A stretch of 50,805 nucleotides of DNA, counting the filler, from Streblomastix strix (lineage: Eukaryota): the NCBI GenBank assembly GCA_008636045.1. It is 3 parts of 3 records of this genome, joined end to end, with 100 filler letters (N's around TTAATTAATTAA, not from the genome) between each part and the next. Parts side by side here need not be neighbours in the genome. Positions count along the whole stretch, not along the records: positions 1 to 16,878 come from SNRW01000757.1; positions 16,979 to 33,847 come from SNRW01000758.1; 1 more part is not named here. One strand, given 5' to 3'. The notes beneath the pieces were generated by a model that saw only the letters and a list, made by a program, of their open reading frames with translations, ran no database searches and was not told the DNA's origin. The translations under genes were made by a program, and so were the position numbers. This document shows, piece after piece, positions 1 to 16,980 of the stretch. Numbering within the stretch: the stretch's first letter is position 1; the number at the start of each line of letters is the position of its first letter.

Positions 1-901
1 ATTACAAAATAATTTTTATTTAAATATAGTATGAAAATAAGAATAATTTAATAAATATTATGTTATTCTTTATTCGCATTGCTCCCAAACAAAATTTTTT
101 TATTTTTTTTTAATAATGTCAATTTTATATATAATTAGACTAAAATTTCTTATATAAATTATTCAATAATATTTTAAATAAGTGATTTATAATAAATATT
201 ATTGCAATTCAACAAACTATTCTTTGTATTATCTTTTTAATAATTCAAATAAATATTTCTATTTTAATTTTTCAATTTTTTCCATTTCTTAATATAATAC
301 CTATTAATTTTCTTATAATTTTATTTTTATTTAAAAATTTTGTATTAATTAACATAAAATAATATACCAATTTTTTATCCATTACATTGAAATATAACGA
401 TTAAGTTATTTTCGTCAAGATTTTTAAATTTACTGACGATTTCGTACGTAAAAAAAATATTCATTGACGAATTTTAACAGCTCTAATTCATCCTCTAAAT
501 ATATTTGAAAATCGTTCAAAAGAATAAATATGAAAAATTTATCATTTTTATTATTTATTTGAGTATAATTAATATTTAATATGGAGATGAAGTAGTGATG
601 GGAAATTTACCCGAAACATTAACCTTTACCCAATCGGCAATGTTTAAAATACCCGAACTTAAAAATATCATACTTTGAAATAGTTTTTATTTTTTATGCA
701 TTTTTTTTTAAAAATGATTTATTCAACTAAAATAAATTTAAAAAAGTTTAATGATGTTTTATTAAGTATAAATTTAATATCTTCTATTCAAAAATTGTTT
801 CAAATATAGTGAAATTATAAGAAATTTAAAATAAAACCATTTATTTTTAACTCCATTGGAGAGTCTTGCTTAACCTCTTTATTTTTAGATTGTCAAATGG
901 G

Positions 902-943
902 CCATAGGGCCTGGGCGCTCCGTCGAGCTGTCCATCCCTATGG
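902..943. other. GC-rich stem-loop near the 3' end of the DIRS element
   Basis: CCATAGGG (902-909) pairs with CCCTATGG (936-943); TGGGC (912-916) with GTCCA (930-934, one G-T); GCTC (917-920) with GAGC (925-928); 4-nt loop. GC island in very AT-rich DNA. Confidence 0.6.
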
Positions 944-1479
944 GTCGATCATGTATAAAAATACATTAAGAAAGAGATAAAAATTACTGAATTGAAACGT
1001 CAATACTGGTTTTCTGTGACTAAAAAAATCCCAGGCGAGGTGAATGGAAAAAACAAAAGTACTAGGTTGATGTGAAGGAAAAAATTATAATGAGAAAACC
1101 TTCTTCTCAAAGTTTCATTTTGTAGGAGTAAGGAAAGAGAAATTTGTTAAATTGTAAAGGTGTTTGATATTAAAAAATATAATAAAAACCCACATTGGAC
1201 GCATTCTCTCATTCATGACTTCTATTCATCATATCTAAGCATTCACAGATCCTATTTGATCATAATTCATTGTCATACTTGACACTGGAGCTCTACATGA
1301 TTGTTCTTCATCTTGATCGTCCTTCTACATTTGCGATTCTTGGCCTCTTGTACTCTCGCAATCGTTTGGAGATCTTACTTCAAAAATTCGTTGGGTCGAA
1401 ATCGTTGGAAGGGAATGAAGTGAAGCATGAATATCTTATGGAGATAACTATAAATCAACTCCATACGGAGATTATTATA

Positions 1480-2550
1480 GTACATCTCCGTCGGAGACTC
1501 TTGCATCATCCCAATATTTTGAGATAGTATATATAGCTGGTTCTGCCTGCATCTTGCCGTGATTCTTTACGAGTGCAGTGGCTATGAAATCTTATTGTCT
1601 ATTCACTGCTAACACTTAGAATTTCATGTTCTTCTTTGAATCTAGTGTGTGGAGCGTGAATATATTTATTGTTCTCCCACCAAATCCTAGTACAGCAAGC
1701 TCTGTTGAAGAAGCATGTTTTATAGATTTCGCAGTCGCGGTTTATAATCCAATTATACATACAAGTTTCTCAAAATGATTGTTTATGCGTCTTTGATCAG
1801 CTTGTTACCATTCATTGGTCCAGAAAAGGTGTATGAAGTAGTTCGGACTTCGTTGAAAATGTTCTCTCAGTCTTAATAACCAGATATAGAAGATTTAAGT
1901 TCGACAAACTTTAGTTTCATCTGTTCTTCTTAATTCATACCTTTATGTTTGTCATGATTGTTTGGGTGTTTTGCAAATTGAGGCTAATCTGTGCATATCA
2001 TCAATTATAGTTTCAGATAAGTCTATATTTGCCATCTCATACATTCTTACAAAGCACAATGATATCATTAATTATGCAAGTTTGGTTTACAATTCTTCGT
2101 TTGAGATGAATCGACTATCTGGTTTACTCCTCCAATGATCATATAGCTGATTGATATCCCATGTACTCCAATATCTTGAACTGCGAATCTGACAGTTCGA
2201 AATAGCGTGTGTTGTAAGACTCTACGCAGTTACGAAGACCTGTTCCGTTCCAAATATGAGAGACGGCAGTGTATTCAATATTGATGCATGATGTTTTGCT
2301 GAAGATAGTTTTGTTTTCTTTGTTTTTGTTAACAAAGTCACGAATTCTGTATGAAAAAATCGGGTTCTCTTTCCAAAAATATCATATAAGGAATTTTCAC
2401 TCTCATTCATCCAATCGTCGAAGACTTCTATTGTCTATAAATATTTCTTTATGTCTTTAATTTTTATCCTTCCATTATCATCTATTATGAATCTCTTGAC
2501 ATGCTCACTTTCCCCAGAAACTCTGTTAATCGTTTCCTCCCTTAATTTAC
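1480..2550 (-). pseudogene. Tyrosine recombinase of DIRS element 1
   Basis: TAR=Gln translation near 1560-1750 gives ATAKSIKHASSTELAVLGFGGRTINIFTLHTLDSKKNMKFQVLAVN, a decayed YR box II (S-I-R-H-A...H...Y). Confidence 0.75.
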
Positions 2551-2554
2551 TCTT

Positions 2555-4470
2555 GGTCCATGAGCAATGTTGCGATTTTTTCTTATAATAGCATGTCTTT
2601 CCTTCATATCATTTCCTTCCCCGGATTCAGTATCAGAGAGCTATCTCCAAAAATAAGGTACCTACAGCTATCTGTTATTAAGGATGTGAACCATATATGT
2701 CCAGGCCACCATGGGCAAATTATAATTGAGGTCGGTTTCTAATTATTTCATGCGATCAGGGCTTTATCATTCTTGGGAATTGGCGAGTGAATCCAGAAGA
2801 TCTCATGCTTCCACGGTTTTATGAGCGCATTTATCCATTCTGCTTCTCCCACTTTCTCTTACTCTTTTGCAGCCACGAATCTATCCACGAATTTATTTTC
2901 TCTGGTTGCGAATAAATCTAGAATAGAAATTATTCTCTAAACTCAATATAAGGCTTAGAATATCTCTTTCTTCACCGAATAATCTCCCACAGAACTAAGT
3001 CTACTAAGTGCGTCTGTTATCTTTTTTGAAATTTCCGGTATATGCTGGGTTTGTGTCTCAATCTTCAATTATTAATAGAGTCTAACGATCTTCTTCACCT
3101 CCGCAACTAATGATTCTCCTGTTCTCTATTTAGCTATATCTTATACTGCGGTATAACTATTCGACTTAATTCTGACCGCTATAATCAGCTGTTCTTCTAA
3201 GATTCCTCCGTTGCAGTATAGACCAAAGAAAATGGTCTCCAATTTTTTCTTATTACTTGTCAATTTTTTTAATTTTCTCTTCCATTCTCCGAGTTGGACT
3301 GATGTATCTCCTGTTTCCAATTTTAATGTTACTTCCCATCCTTTTGGAAATGCGATTGATTCCATGATTGCCTTTGGAATTCTAACTTCCAGTGTCATCT
3401 CTACGTTCTTTAATATTGTTCTCTATCACCAATAAGGTTCTTGTAGGATCTCTAACGGTTATATCATACTCTTTTTTCCAATGTTTCTTCTTCAATGCTT
3501 TCGTTTTCGCAGAGTTCATTCATTGGAGATAGAGGAAGCCTTATCTAGTTTGGACTCTTAAGAAGTTTAATTTGACATATTTATGATGCTTAGTATTTAT
3601 TCTTGATTGGGATTTTCCTCAATGTGAGATTGATAAATCTTTTTAAGTTGGTAGAGTAGTTCTTATCTTCTCAATGTTGTCATCTTCAGACACATTCTGT
3701 TTAAGTCCCAAGTCTATCCTAGAAAATTTATCTGTTGTTTTGGTTCTATTTCGCATTTCTCTTGTGCAATTGTCCATCCCAACTTCACAAAAATGTTCAT
3801 AATTATTATCGTTTGCGTTCTCAATCTATCTATAATTTAATGTAGGAGATTTAGATCGTCTTCATAATTAAGTATTCTAACGTTTGACACCCTCGATATC
3901 TTCGTTAAGACCATAGCTAAGACTTATGCGAAGAAGATTGGGGAATGTTATATTCCGAATGGCATTTTTTCTATATTGGTATACTCTTTCAATTGCTTTG
4001 AAAGCTAGGAATGGTCTATGCGTTGGATATATAATTAAGTGGTAAAAAGCTGATTTTAGATCTAACTTTGTTGCCAATCTCCTTTTCTGATCAAATCTCT
4101 CACTTGATCTGTTCAATTCATCATAAAATTAATTGTGTGAATTTCTTTTTTCAGAGCACTCACATCCAGTATTTTCTTCCATTTCCCCTGAGGCTTCGGA
4201 ATTATAAATGTTCGATTAAACAATTTAGCCGATTCATCGGGTATCTGCTCGATTATGTTTTTTCTCAATTCTTTCTCCAATTTCACTGTGTATGCTGCTT
4301 CATCTTCTCTCGTACCTGAGAATGGACAGATCCTCAGTTTCTATTGCAATCTCTTTTCGCTATCCTTGTTCTTAAATAGTAGAGAAAAAAACTTTTCCGT
4401 ATGAAATCCTCTCCTTTCACTATTTTTCATGTCTGTTGATAGCGTGCTGTTTTTCCCGCAATTCTTATGA
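2555..4470 (-). pseudogene. DIRS pol: reverse transcriptase - RNase H - DNA adenine methyltransferase-like domain
   Basis: RT motifs FIIPKPQGKWKKILD, ATKLDLKSAFYHL and ILNYEDDL (YxDD, ~3850-3877). RNase H region 3141-3398 followed by HIPEISKKITDALSRL. MT-like LDLFAT...FWIHSPIP...IICPWWPGHIWF. Frameshifted. Confidence 0.9.
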
Positions 4471-7050
4471 GTGGTTAAGATTGTAACATTTCCTCAGTTA
4501 GATTCCTGGGAAGGATTTCTCGTGAGTGAACCTCGTCCAGATCTCTAAACTGGATTAGCACCAGCTGGAATCTCCCAGGAGCTTTCATCTGGCTGTCAGC
4601 GTTGCTAGGTCTGACCTAAGTTCTTGTTTGCGACTACGGAAGTATTTGTGCTTGTGTCTTTATTTTTGACAGATGTTGAGCTTTCTTCTTTTCTAACTTA
4701 TGGACCACGTAAGGGATATGTACAGGTGTTTGTAGGAGGTGCTGTCTGAATAACTATCAACTTGACATCAGTAACCACTATTTCTCCCAAACTTCTGCTA
4801 CATGTAGAAGATACTCTCATTCCTACATATCCTATTACTTGATATGTATCTGCAGATGCATTCCGAGCTTATGCTGCTTCGTCTGCACTATGTTGATGTT
4901 AAATTTATTTCAGAACAGTGAGTGGTAAAATAATCGAACCTACTAAATCAACATCCTAGAATGAGTTTTAATTACAGCTTGAGTGAGGTGTAGTCTATTT
5001 ATGTGAGTTCATAGTAGTCGAATAAGTCACTCTTTGCCTCCTGCTGGTGAGTAATCTAGATCTCAATATCATTTAAGACTTGACAGCAGCTCTCCCGGGC
5101 GGTCCCAGATAATCTATCAAAATAGATTATGCGCCAAAGTGACTGTTCTGCACCTCATTATCACATTATTATAACATTCGTGCGTGGTTGTTTTTGTGTT
5201 CGTTACCTCTTTGATGTTTTCTCCCATTCTTCTTCTTCTTCATCTAAATTGATCTAATGGCTAAAGGCTAACTATCTTCAACATTATTATTCCATTGAAA
5301 TTCGTTTTGAATTCTTTTTACAATCCTCAAGTTCATCTAACAAAAATACATCCCACATTTATGTATACTGTGTGATTTGCATCCATTTCTTGCTTCCTTT
5401 ATATTTATGCTTCATAGATGCACGTTAGTCTTAGTTCTGATCCCTATCTTGAATTCACTCTTGTTTATTTGTCTTCCGATAGGTATCATATGATATCTAT
5501 GCGAATTTTCATTGCTTGGTCGTCATTAGATCTTCGTTAAATTTTGTTCATCAAGTTATCAATCATATTTTGGATTTGGTTATGCTTTACCATTTGTTGA
5601 ATCTTAACAGCGTGGTTAGCAGTATATTCCATGATTTTTGCATTCATTTCGGTATTGGTTATTATCAGCGGGAGTTTGTTTACTGCATCATTGAATGAGA
5701 CATGCCTTGAATGTTATTTTCCTCTAATGAACTAAAGGTATGAATCTGTGACAAAAAGTTATTGATTCAACTTTAAATTTGACTTACTTTAAGTTGAGTT
5801 TAAGGTTAAAGATGATGATGAAAAAGAATAATGTAGTTAATTGCTGTATCTTGAGAGATATAGTCTCTGAATTTGAGGCCTATTGAGATAAATTTATCAA
5901 CCCTGGGATAGTTTACTAAGATTTTGTTTAACTTAATTCCATCCTGTAATTCAGATCTTCATTCCTATTGTTTTCTCGAGGTTATATTATTTGTTTCATT
6001 GTTATGCTCTGATGATTGATATCCATTTATTATTCCATTGTTTCTTCCATTATTATTCTCATTTTATTCCTGTGAAATTTATTCATTGTTTGGCGTTGTG
6101 TTAGCTTGGATTGTTTGTATTGTGTCTCCATGTTCTTCTGGTTACTTAATGATAAACTTTTCCTCAATAATTATTAGATCAATTTATTACTGCATTTGTA
6201 ATTCCCTATTTTCATGAGTTAATAATGCAATTTATTGTCGGCCTTCTGAATTCACTTGTTACGTTAATTAATATTCATTCTTTTATTGTGCAAATAATTG
6301 TTGCACAGTTTAAAAATTAGAGATTTCCTCGTTTACTATTTATTCTTGATTAACTGAAACTGCTTTCGTCAATGAATCTTATCTCTTTTTATCAAGATTT
6401 GGAGCGATGTTATTCTATCTTTTGAATGCTTTTTCTCGAGCTGTTCTTAAATTAGATAGCTAAGCTGGAAGGCTTCTTGGTGAAACGTGTGCTGCTCAGT
6501 AATTTTTTTGTTAGTTCTATCTAATTCTGAACATCCTTATGCGTTATCTTGCAATTTAGCGCTCGTGTGCCTGTAAACGTTATAATCTCTGTGACCAATC
6601 ATCCTCTGGACCTACGCTAAATTCTAGACTTTTGCCTTTCCTGCCTTACTCATACTCGATGCGGTTCCCTCTGCTATTATGATCCCCTTTGTCGATTTTG
6701 TGATCGTAGTCATGGTCATGATCGTGATTGCGATCATGGTGGTGGCGGAAATTATTTTCATTTAAATCCATTCTCACTGTATCCAGAAATAATTCTATAT
6801 CTAATTCTCTCTAGAAAGCTTTCCAATCATTTGTTATCAATTTTTCGTGTCTTGTATGTTTCTAATTGAACAAATTCACTTTTACAAGTCCATCTCCAAA
6901 ACCTTTATGATGTTCTCCACTACTTCTGGACCCAACCTATCTTAGTGTATAACTTCTTTGAGCCCAAAAATCTTTATCAACTCTAAATTACTATTGAATT
7001 ATATTTATAAATAGTTCTGGAGGGTCAATTGGGGTGAAGAGACTTTAATC
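4470..7050 (-). pseudogene. gag-like / ORF1 region of DIRS element 1 (low complexity, Q/E/N/R-rich)
   Basis: Long largely open frames with TAR=Gln directly upstream of RT, including a His/Asp tract RHHHDRNHDHDHDYDHK near 6700-6748. Assigned by position only. Confidence 0.5.
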
Positions 7051-7249
7051 AGTTATGTGCGAGGACTATTTGCTCCCGAAAGGTTATTAGTCTTATTATA
7101 TCTTCCTTGATGAGGCATCAGTTAGAGAATCTAGCTATCTTCCGAATACTACTTTTGCTCTTGGTGCAGGACCTTGCATAGATTAAGCTATGACTGATGG
7201 TTTTATAGTAGGGAATAAGTTGTATAATTGTTCTTCCTGGTCTCAAAAT

Positions 7250-10730
<3,481 letters not shown>

Positions 10731-12164
10731 AAAAGTAGATAAAACTGAACAATTTATTTTTTAAATAAAAAAAATTATGACTAATTAATAAATTTAAGGA
10801 TGATAAAAGCAATAATGCGTATAAGTATGTTTACATTGCATTTTTGATGTTAAATCTGATTTGTAAATTCGCAGAAGTTGTGAATCATGATTTTATTTTT
10901 TGTTTTTATTCCAAGCGTAGCGAATAGTAAAATATAATATTATTGGTAAATAAATTATTTAAAAATAATATATATTGAATTTTAAAACATGCTATTTGTT
11001 TTCGCACGCGTAGACGTAGAAATCAGAAAAATGTAAAACATGAAAGAATCCGTGATTAAAATAGCTAATCGCTCAACAAAATGAATTTGAATAATAAATT
11101 TCTATCAAATTTTAAAAATGAAAATTAGAATGTCAAATCATACTTTGAGAAATGCTCCCTTTACTAATCTTGAAAATTTGTATGATTTTCTACTTTTTAT
11201 GTAAAAGTTCTTTCAAGATTAATTCAGTGCATGTCAAAACGTATTCAATGTTGCATTTCATAAAGTGATTTGCTTACCGGAACACAGCTGAACAAACTAT
11301 TCCGAAGATCTGTTGATTTCTCTATTAATACACATGCGAATCTTTTAGGATATCAAATTATTGCAGTAGGGCATAAAATGATATTCTTTACTATCAATAT
11401 CCATACAATCAGTTCACTAATCCAAAAGAGCGCCTTTGATTTTAAAAAATTCAATTCACGCGCAATTTATGCCGTTGTTTGCTTGTAGAATAATGTTATG
11501 TGTGTAGCATGCAACGTACAAAGAACTACTCTATTCATAAATTGAGAATAAGCAAGTTGAAAAATCCTTCGAACATGTTAACTTCTATAGAACACGAATT
11601 TGCGATTGTTGCACACTGATTAAATAATATCGAACAATGATTTTGAGCGCATAACATTAATTTATTAAATATTAATTATTATTCATCATTTCCAACTCAA
11701 AAAAGTAACGTTTTGACCTCAACACACGGTTTTGATTTCACCAACAACCCTATAATTACTGCATATTACTCTCCTTGATAACAAAGAAATAGTAACTATT
11801 TTGGAAAATTGTGCTACGTCTAGTGTGCATGTGCATCAATTAGTGTATTTAACTTTTAAACTTATTTGATATATTATTTTCCAGATATTTTTTATATCAT
11901 ATGAGCAAATTTCAATGCAAAGCGTTTTACCTGTTCAATATTTCATAAAAATCTAATTTTTTCTTTCATTTATAATTTAATATTAATGTTTCAACATCAA
12001 ACTTTTAATTAGTCACACATCTATTTATTACTATTAATAAATTTACAAATATATTCAAATAGATGGACTTAGAAATCAGATTTTTTTAATTTAGATTTTT
12101 TTCACCAATTAATACATAATTCACATATTATTTTATTTTATATTTGATTTAAAATATATATATT

Positions 12165-12925
12165 AGGCTAATATTGTTATTTGGGATAACGGTTTGTGAA
12201 AACTATTCAACAAATTGCACTAATACATTAGAAAGTTGCGTGATAATGATTAGTATGAGTATCTAGATACTATGTTGGGAGTCATAGCAGCTTTAGATGC
12301 TCAACAGTACTATATCAAATATTTTAGACATATTAAAGACATAGATAAACTTCATATGTATAGAAATGATATTTGTTCGATTTAATTGATGTAACAGATC
12401 AATCAATATAATATTCAATAATTATACCTACATTGGATGCTGAACTTGCTAAATTATGTCATTGTAATGGTGTTCGTTGTGACACATTTACACAGTCAAC
12501 TTCAATGATCCTTGCAACATACGTCTATAGTGGTATTATATTATGACTTATTGAATCTGGTAATGAACTTGTTAGAATTGAGGTACTTAATGTTGAATGT
12601 ATTTATGTCTGTTTCAATCCATCTAGAACTGAAGTGATCTATGGATGGAGTTAAGAGAAGATCAGATCATTTGGACCAAAGTTTGAAAGATTGTTATATG
12701 TAATTAATGATTCACATTAGAAAGTAACAAGTATCATAAAACTCCTCAATTCACCAGTAAACTTCCAAGGTATAGAAAATTTTCCAGACAACTCACAATT
12801 CTTTGCATGCGGCTCAGATCGATTTACTATATATTTCGAAGTATTTGGAAGGAATAAACTTCATGAAGAAAAGTTATCAGATAACGAACTTTTCAAAATT
12901 GCAGTAGATTTGTGTGAGATTTAAT
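12165..12925 (+). pseudogene. CFAP52: CFAP52/WDR16-like WD40 flagellar protein fragment with internal deletions
   Basis: Translation CHCNGVRCDTFTQSTSMILAT..IIL*LIESGNELVRIEVLNVECIYVCFNPSRTEVIYGWSQEKIRSFGPKFERLLYVINDSH..FQGIENFPDNSQFFACGSDR follows the CFAP52 pattern ELLRITVPN..C..ISAWNDGKIRAF.P.TG.L.YVIN.AH..GTDRK. TGA at a conserved Trp. Confidence 0.7.
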
Positions 12926-14089
12926 TTGCACTTGTAGATGTGATTCAATTGAATAGTTATTTTAGATTTAACTTTTAATTTTATTTATTAGAATGAATTT
13001 ATTTTAGAAATATGTTTTAATTATTTATAATCCATTTTAAATAAACAATTAAATATGATTATTAAATATTTAAAAAAATTATGTTAAAGACATTAAGGTT
13101 CAAAATAAAGTATTGGACGACAAAGGTAGCTTTCATTAATGTGTCAATTTGGCCAGGCCTAGTTTATTTATTAAATTTATATTTTAATTTGTTTTAAATA
13201 AGTTAATTGTTTTATTTTTTAATTTCAAAATATTAAATTGGAACAAAATATAATAATTTTACACTTTTAAAGGATGTTTAATAATATTCAACAACTTCGC
13301 CTATATTGAGTGATTTCCATCAATTATTTGAAGTGATTCTTCTGGCTATTCCCAAAACAATGTTTCCAATAGGGTAGCCATTAAGAAAACAAAAAAAAAG
13401 TAGAAGAAATTGATAAATCTAAACTCAAAAAAGAAGATCCGGCAGAAAAAATAGATGAAGTATTGTTTTAAAAATGTAAAGTGAGTGAGATGAGAGCCAG
13501 CAGGAGAAACTTCACATAAATAAATGGAGTGTAAGAGTAAACCCCAAAAAATGACTACGTAATTAAGCATTGAAGTTCTAGAATCGAACAAATAGATTAA
13601 AGTTAAATTTAAAAACTTAAACTAATCAAAATATAGTTAAATAATAATGTTAAAACTGGTTAAAATATTAACTAAAAATAGTTAAATGTTAAATTAAATG
13701 GCCAATAAATTAAAATGTTCTTGTTTATAGTTTCAAATTCTATCAGTGAACTGCGTGAGCATATCCTTCCATGAATGATTGCTCGCATCTCATGCTCACC
13801 AGCTTATTAGATACCATTGGCAACAGTTCAATTACTTAATTATTAATGTTGCATGAAAGCATTTTCAGGAGATTAATAATGATGATGAAATAAAGAAAAT
13901 ATATGATTTATAACGTGCAGTGATTGATTCACAAAAGCCACAAAGGTTTGGGACTAAAGTAAAAAACTGTATGAATACTTTTCTATAGAGTTATAGACTG
14001 ATGAATGGGACCAAGGAGAAGTTGTAGATTATTATTATACATTCTCTGATTACCAATAGTCCCATTTTGGCTATTTACGAGTGTATATA

Positions 14090-15150
14090 TTATATCCAAC
14101 AACTTCTCTTTTATTAAGAACTTGAAATTGAATTACATTCCACTTGGCCGTGAGTATCAGATAATTTCGTTGCTATTTCATTATCTTTTAGTCTATCTGC
14201 AAATACATAGCACTTATTTGTCCATTTCGAATTCCTAGCATGTCCTATGTACGTGTTTAATAACGTTTCGTCTAGACCCAATACAACAAGTTACGTTGCT
14301 GCTGTGCGTTTAAATGAAAATTCTTGTTTCCCTATTATACCCATTTAGTCTAATAATTTCTTTAATCTGAGGGAGATTTGGCCTTTTTTGGCTGGTATAG
14401 TTATTTCTTCATTCCATCATAATGCTCCATACTTATTATCTCTGATTGACCGATCATATCTGTTATCAATTCTATTCAACCAATCAAAGAATGTTGCTCT
14501 TGGACATACAGTTCGATCTCTAATCTTCGGAAGTTAGTGAGAATGCAGTCCAGACTTTGTTTTTAGTTGTAATCGTAAATCCACTTTGTCTGTTTGTTCG
14601 CAAATTATTGAGTGTCTTAGAGATATTCCTTCGATTTCGGCTCGTCTGATTGAACAAATAGTCATAGGAATGAAGTGAATTTAGTCTACAGTTCAATATT
14701 TGTCAAAATTCGGTTCGATCCTTTTTCTCTCCAATAGTCAAATAGTATTCCCACGTTCCATGTGTCTTCATATTTTGGTTTGACGATCATGTGTGCTGAA
14801 ATCGCTTTTCTGGTAAATTGGAGCATGTGGTTATTCTATAAATCTATGTCTAATGTGTGAGAGAGCTTTGAGGACAATCCATTCAGAAACTGAAATACTG
14901 AACTTTTTGAAATGTTTACTGAAGTGAATTAAGCTAGTACCTCTGTAATAATGATGTGAGGTTTCATTGTTAATAAATCAAATATTGTGTAGTGATTGAT
15001 TTGGGTCCATTTCTTACATTTTTCCATTTAATAATAGTATCTTCTTTGGGTGCTGTATCTATTTCCATATAAAATCATATTTATTGCTCCATTGGATACG
15101 TTTCTTATTCTCATAATCGTTCTTGTGAATCTTCTTCCATTTTATACCCT
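14090..15150 (-). pseudogene. Tyrosine recombinase of DIRS element 2
   Basis: MGIIGKQEFSFKRTAATQLVVLGLDETLLNTYIGHARNSKWTNKCYVFA (~14195-14345) is a decayed YR box II with GH...Y. Confidence 0.75.
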
Positions 15151-16250
15151 AAATCCCTCAAGAAACAGCATATCTTGCCTAGAGATAGTTTAAAATTCAT
15201 CTTAATTTACGATTTTCCTGGTTCTAAAATCTCGTTGCTACAACCAAGCATAAGGGATTGAGCATTTTTGTTTACCAGTTCTTTGTACCATATCTGGCCT
15301 GGCCATAATGGAGCAATTATCATTACCTCGAATTGTTCTTCTTTGATCTTCTTCAGAATTGCAGGAAGGAATGGGATAGGAGAATGAATCCAAGGGAGTT
15401 CCTTCTTCCATGTCTGATTGAGAGCATCGATTGCAACTTCTCCGTGTCCTCTTATCGTTGACATAAACCTTGGCAGTAGGTTATTGAAGTGTTGTGAGAA
15501 TAAGTCTATTGTTGAATTCAAGTTCATCTGAAGACATGCCTGTTGAAAATTCTTCTCCATTAGTTTGCAGTCTCCTGCTCTTGATAGTCTACTTAGTGCG
15601 TCTACAATTTCGTTTTTAACTTCTGGGAAGTGAGTAATCTGGATCTTGATTCCTAGCTTTTTATTGTCTAGTGTTCCTGTTTAATTTCGTTTATTACTGA
15701 TATTGATGCTCTCCATTTCCTGATATCGATAACTGCTGTACTGTTATCGCTTCAGATTGACAGGGATTGGATTCGCGAATTCTTCAAGACTCTTGCGAAA
15801 TTTCGTAAGCCCTAAGTAATAGCTTTAAATTCGCTGTTGTTACTTGTTACCTTCGCTTATCTTTTGTTCCAAGTTCCATGAGCAATTGCTGTCATTTCCA
15901 GTTCCTTCTCTAATGTTGAACCCCATTTTCAGGGTGCTGCATCATTTGTCATTGTCAATTGTGGTGGTATCTATATTAATTATGTTGGAATGTTCGCTCT
16001 GAGTTTTGCTATCCACCAATTTATATCTGGAATTGCTGTCTTGTTCATTACCATCGTTTTATTCCATCCTCGCAGTCTTGCAGCTTATGCTTACTGATGA
16101 TTCATTGTGTTCAGGAAAAGTGAAGCTTCTTAAAGTAATAATCTTAGGTAATTTAACTTTACTATTAACTTAGATGATTATTTTACTGTTATCTCTGATC
16201 CTATCTTTATCCATCTTCTCCAATTGTACGGATCGTGTGGAGAAGTAAAC
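15150..16250 (-). pseudogene. DIRS pol C-terminal part: RNase H plus methyltransferase-like domain
   Basis: MTMTNDAAP..WGSTLE, IRSDNSTAV, HFPEVKNEIVDALSRL, then IDLFSQ...WIHSPIPFLPAILKKI..IIAPLWPGQIWY (ORF 15207-15560). Confidence 0.85.
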
Positions 16251-16878
16251 GCGTCTTCGGTTTATGTTTAATTTTTAAAGTTTTAAAAACAATAATTTAT
16301 CTTATCTTATTATATTATTTTATTATTTCAGTTGAATGTCTTCGTCTGATGCACGAGGAGGGTTTAATCCACGGGTATATTCATAAATGATTCTTATATT
16401 CTATTGAATTTATTATTATTGTTAAATAAATTAATAATAATAATAAAAAAATTATTATTATTTATAATAATAAAATTATTATAAACAATTACATTTAAAT
16501 TCATTTTACTTTATTTTATTAATATTTTTATTATTCAGAGATATTAATGAATAAAATATTCTTCTTCACAATCCACTTGGATCAGATCGTGTGGTATATA
16601 AAATATTATTATATAAATAAATTAGAATTTAAATCAGTAGTTAAATAATAAATATTTTTATTTAAATAAATTTTAATTTCAACAAAACCAATAATAATTT
16701 ATTTCAATAAAACCAATAATAATTTATTATAATTATTTAATTAATAAATATTAATCTTAACAGTAAGTCAAAATAAAAGACTTTGGACATATTTAAGTTC
16801 AGAAAGATGATGATTAAAATATAACTTATGCGCCAATTGCTGAGTATATTCTATTTAGTAATTTAAATTTAATCTTTG

Positions 16879-16978
16879 NNNNNNNNNNNNNNNNNNNNNN
16901 NNNNNNNNNNNNNNNNNNNNNNTTAATTAATTAANNNNNNNNNNNNNNNNNNNNNNNNNNNNNNNNNNNNNNNNNNNN
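16879..16978. other. Artificial contig linker / assembly gap
   Basis: N44-TTAATTAATTAA-N44; the 12-mer gives standard-code stops in all six frames. Confidence 0.97.
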
Positions 16979-16980
16979 AA

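Larger units (their letters stand above)
890..7100 (-). mobile_element. DIRS-type tyrosine-recombinase retrotransposon, near full-length but degenerate; boundaries approximate
   Basis: Minus-strand order is gag-like region, RT, RNase H, methyltransferase-like domain, tyrosine recombinase, the diagnostic DIRS layout. Multiple frameshifts and TGA stops. Confidence 0.85.
14000..16250 (-). mobile_element. Second DIRS-type retrotransposon, 5'-truncated, different subfamily
   Basis: End of RT, RNase H, MT-like domain and YR in DIRS order; protein sequence clearly diverged from element 1. Confidence 0.85.

Noticed and set aside
891..955. SECIS, HDV ribozyme or tRNA interpretation of the GC hairpin
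   Set aside because: Lacks the AUGA/GA quartet with apical AA, the nested double pseudoknot and a cloverleaf.
3420..4470. Retron, DGR or group II intron interpretation of the reverse transcriptase
   Set aside because: The RT is followed by RNase H, MT-like and tyrosine recombinase domains, which is the DIRS layout.
11050..11560. Possible very old transposase remnant on the minus strand (AQIARELN, HTH-like)
   Set aside because: Only one short motif; no DDE triad or TIRs could be recognised.
13330..13620. K/E-rich coding-like patch on the plus strand
   Set aside because: Short, interrupted by TGA and without a recognisable motif.
16879..16978. Palindromic TTAATTAATTAA within N runs (also 33848-33947)
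   Set aside because: Artificial six-frame-stop linker. It also means adjacency across the three contigs carries no biological meaning.
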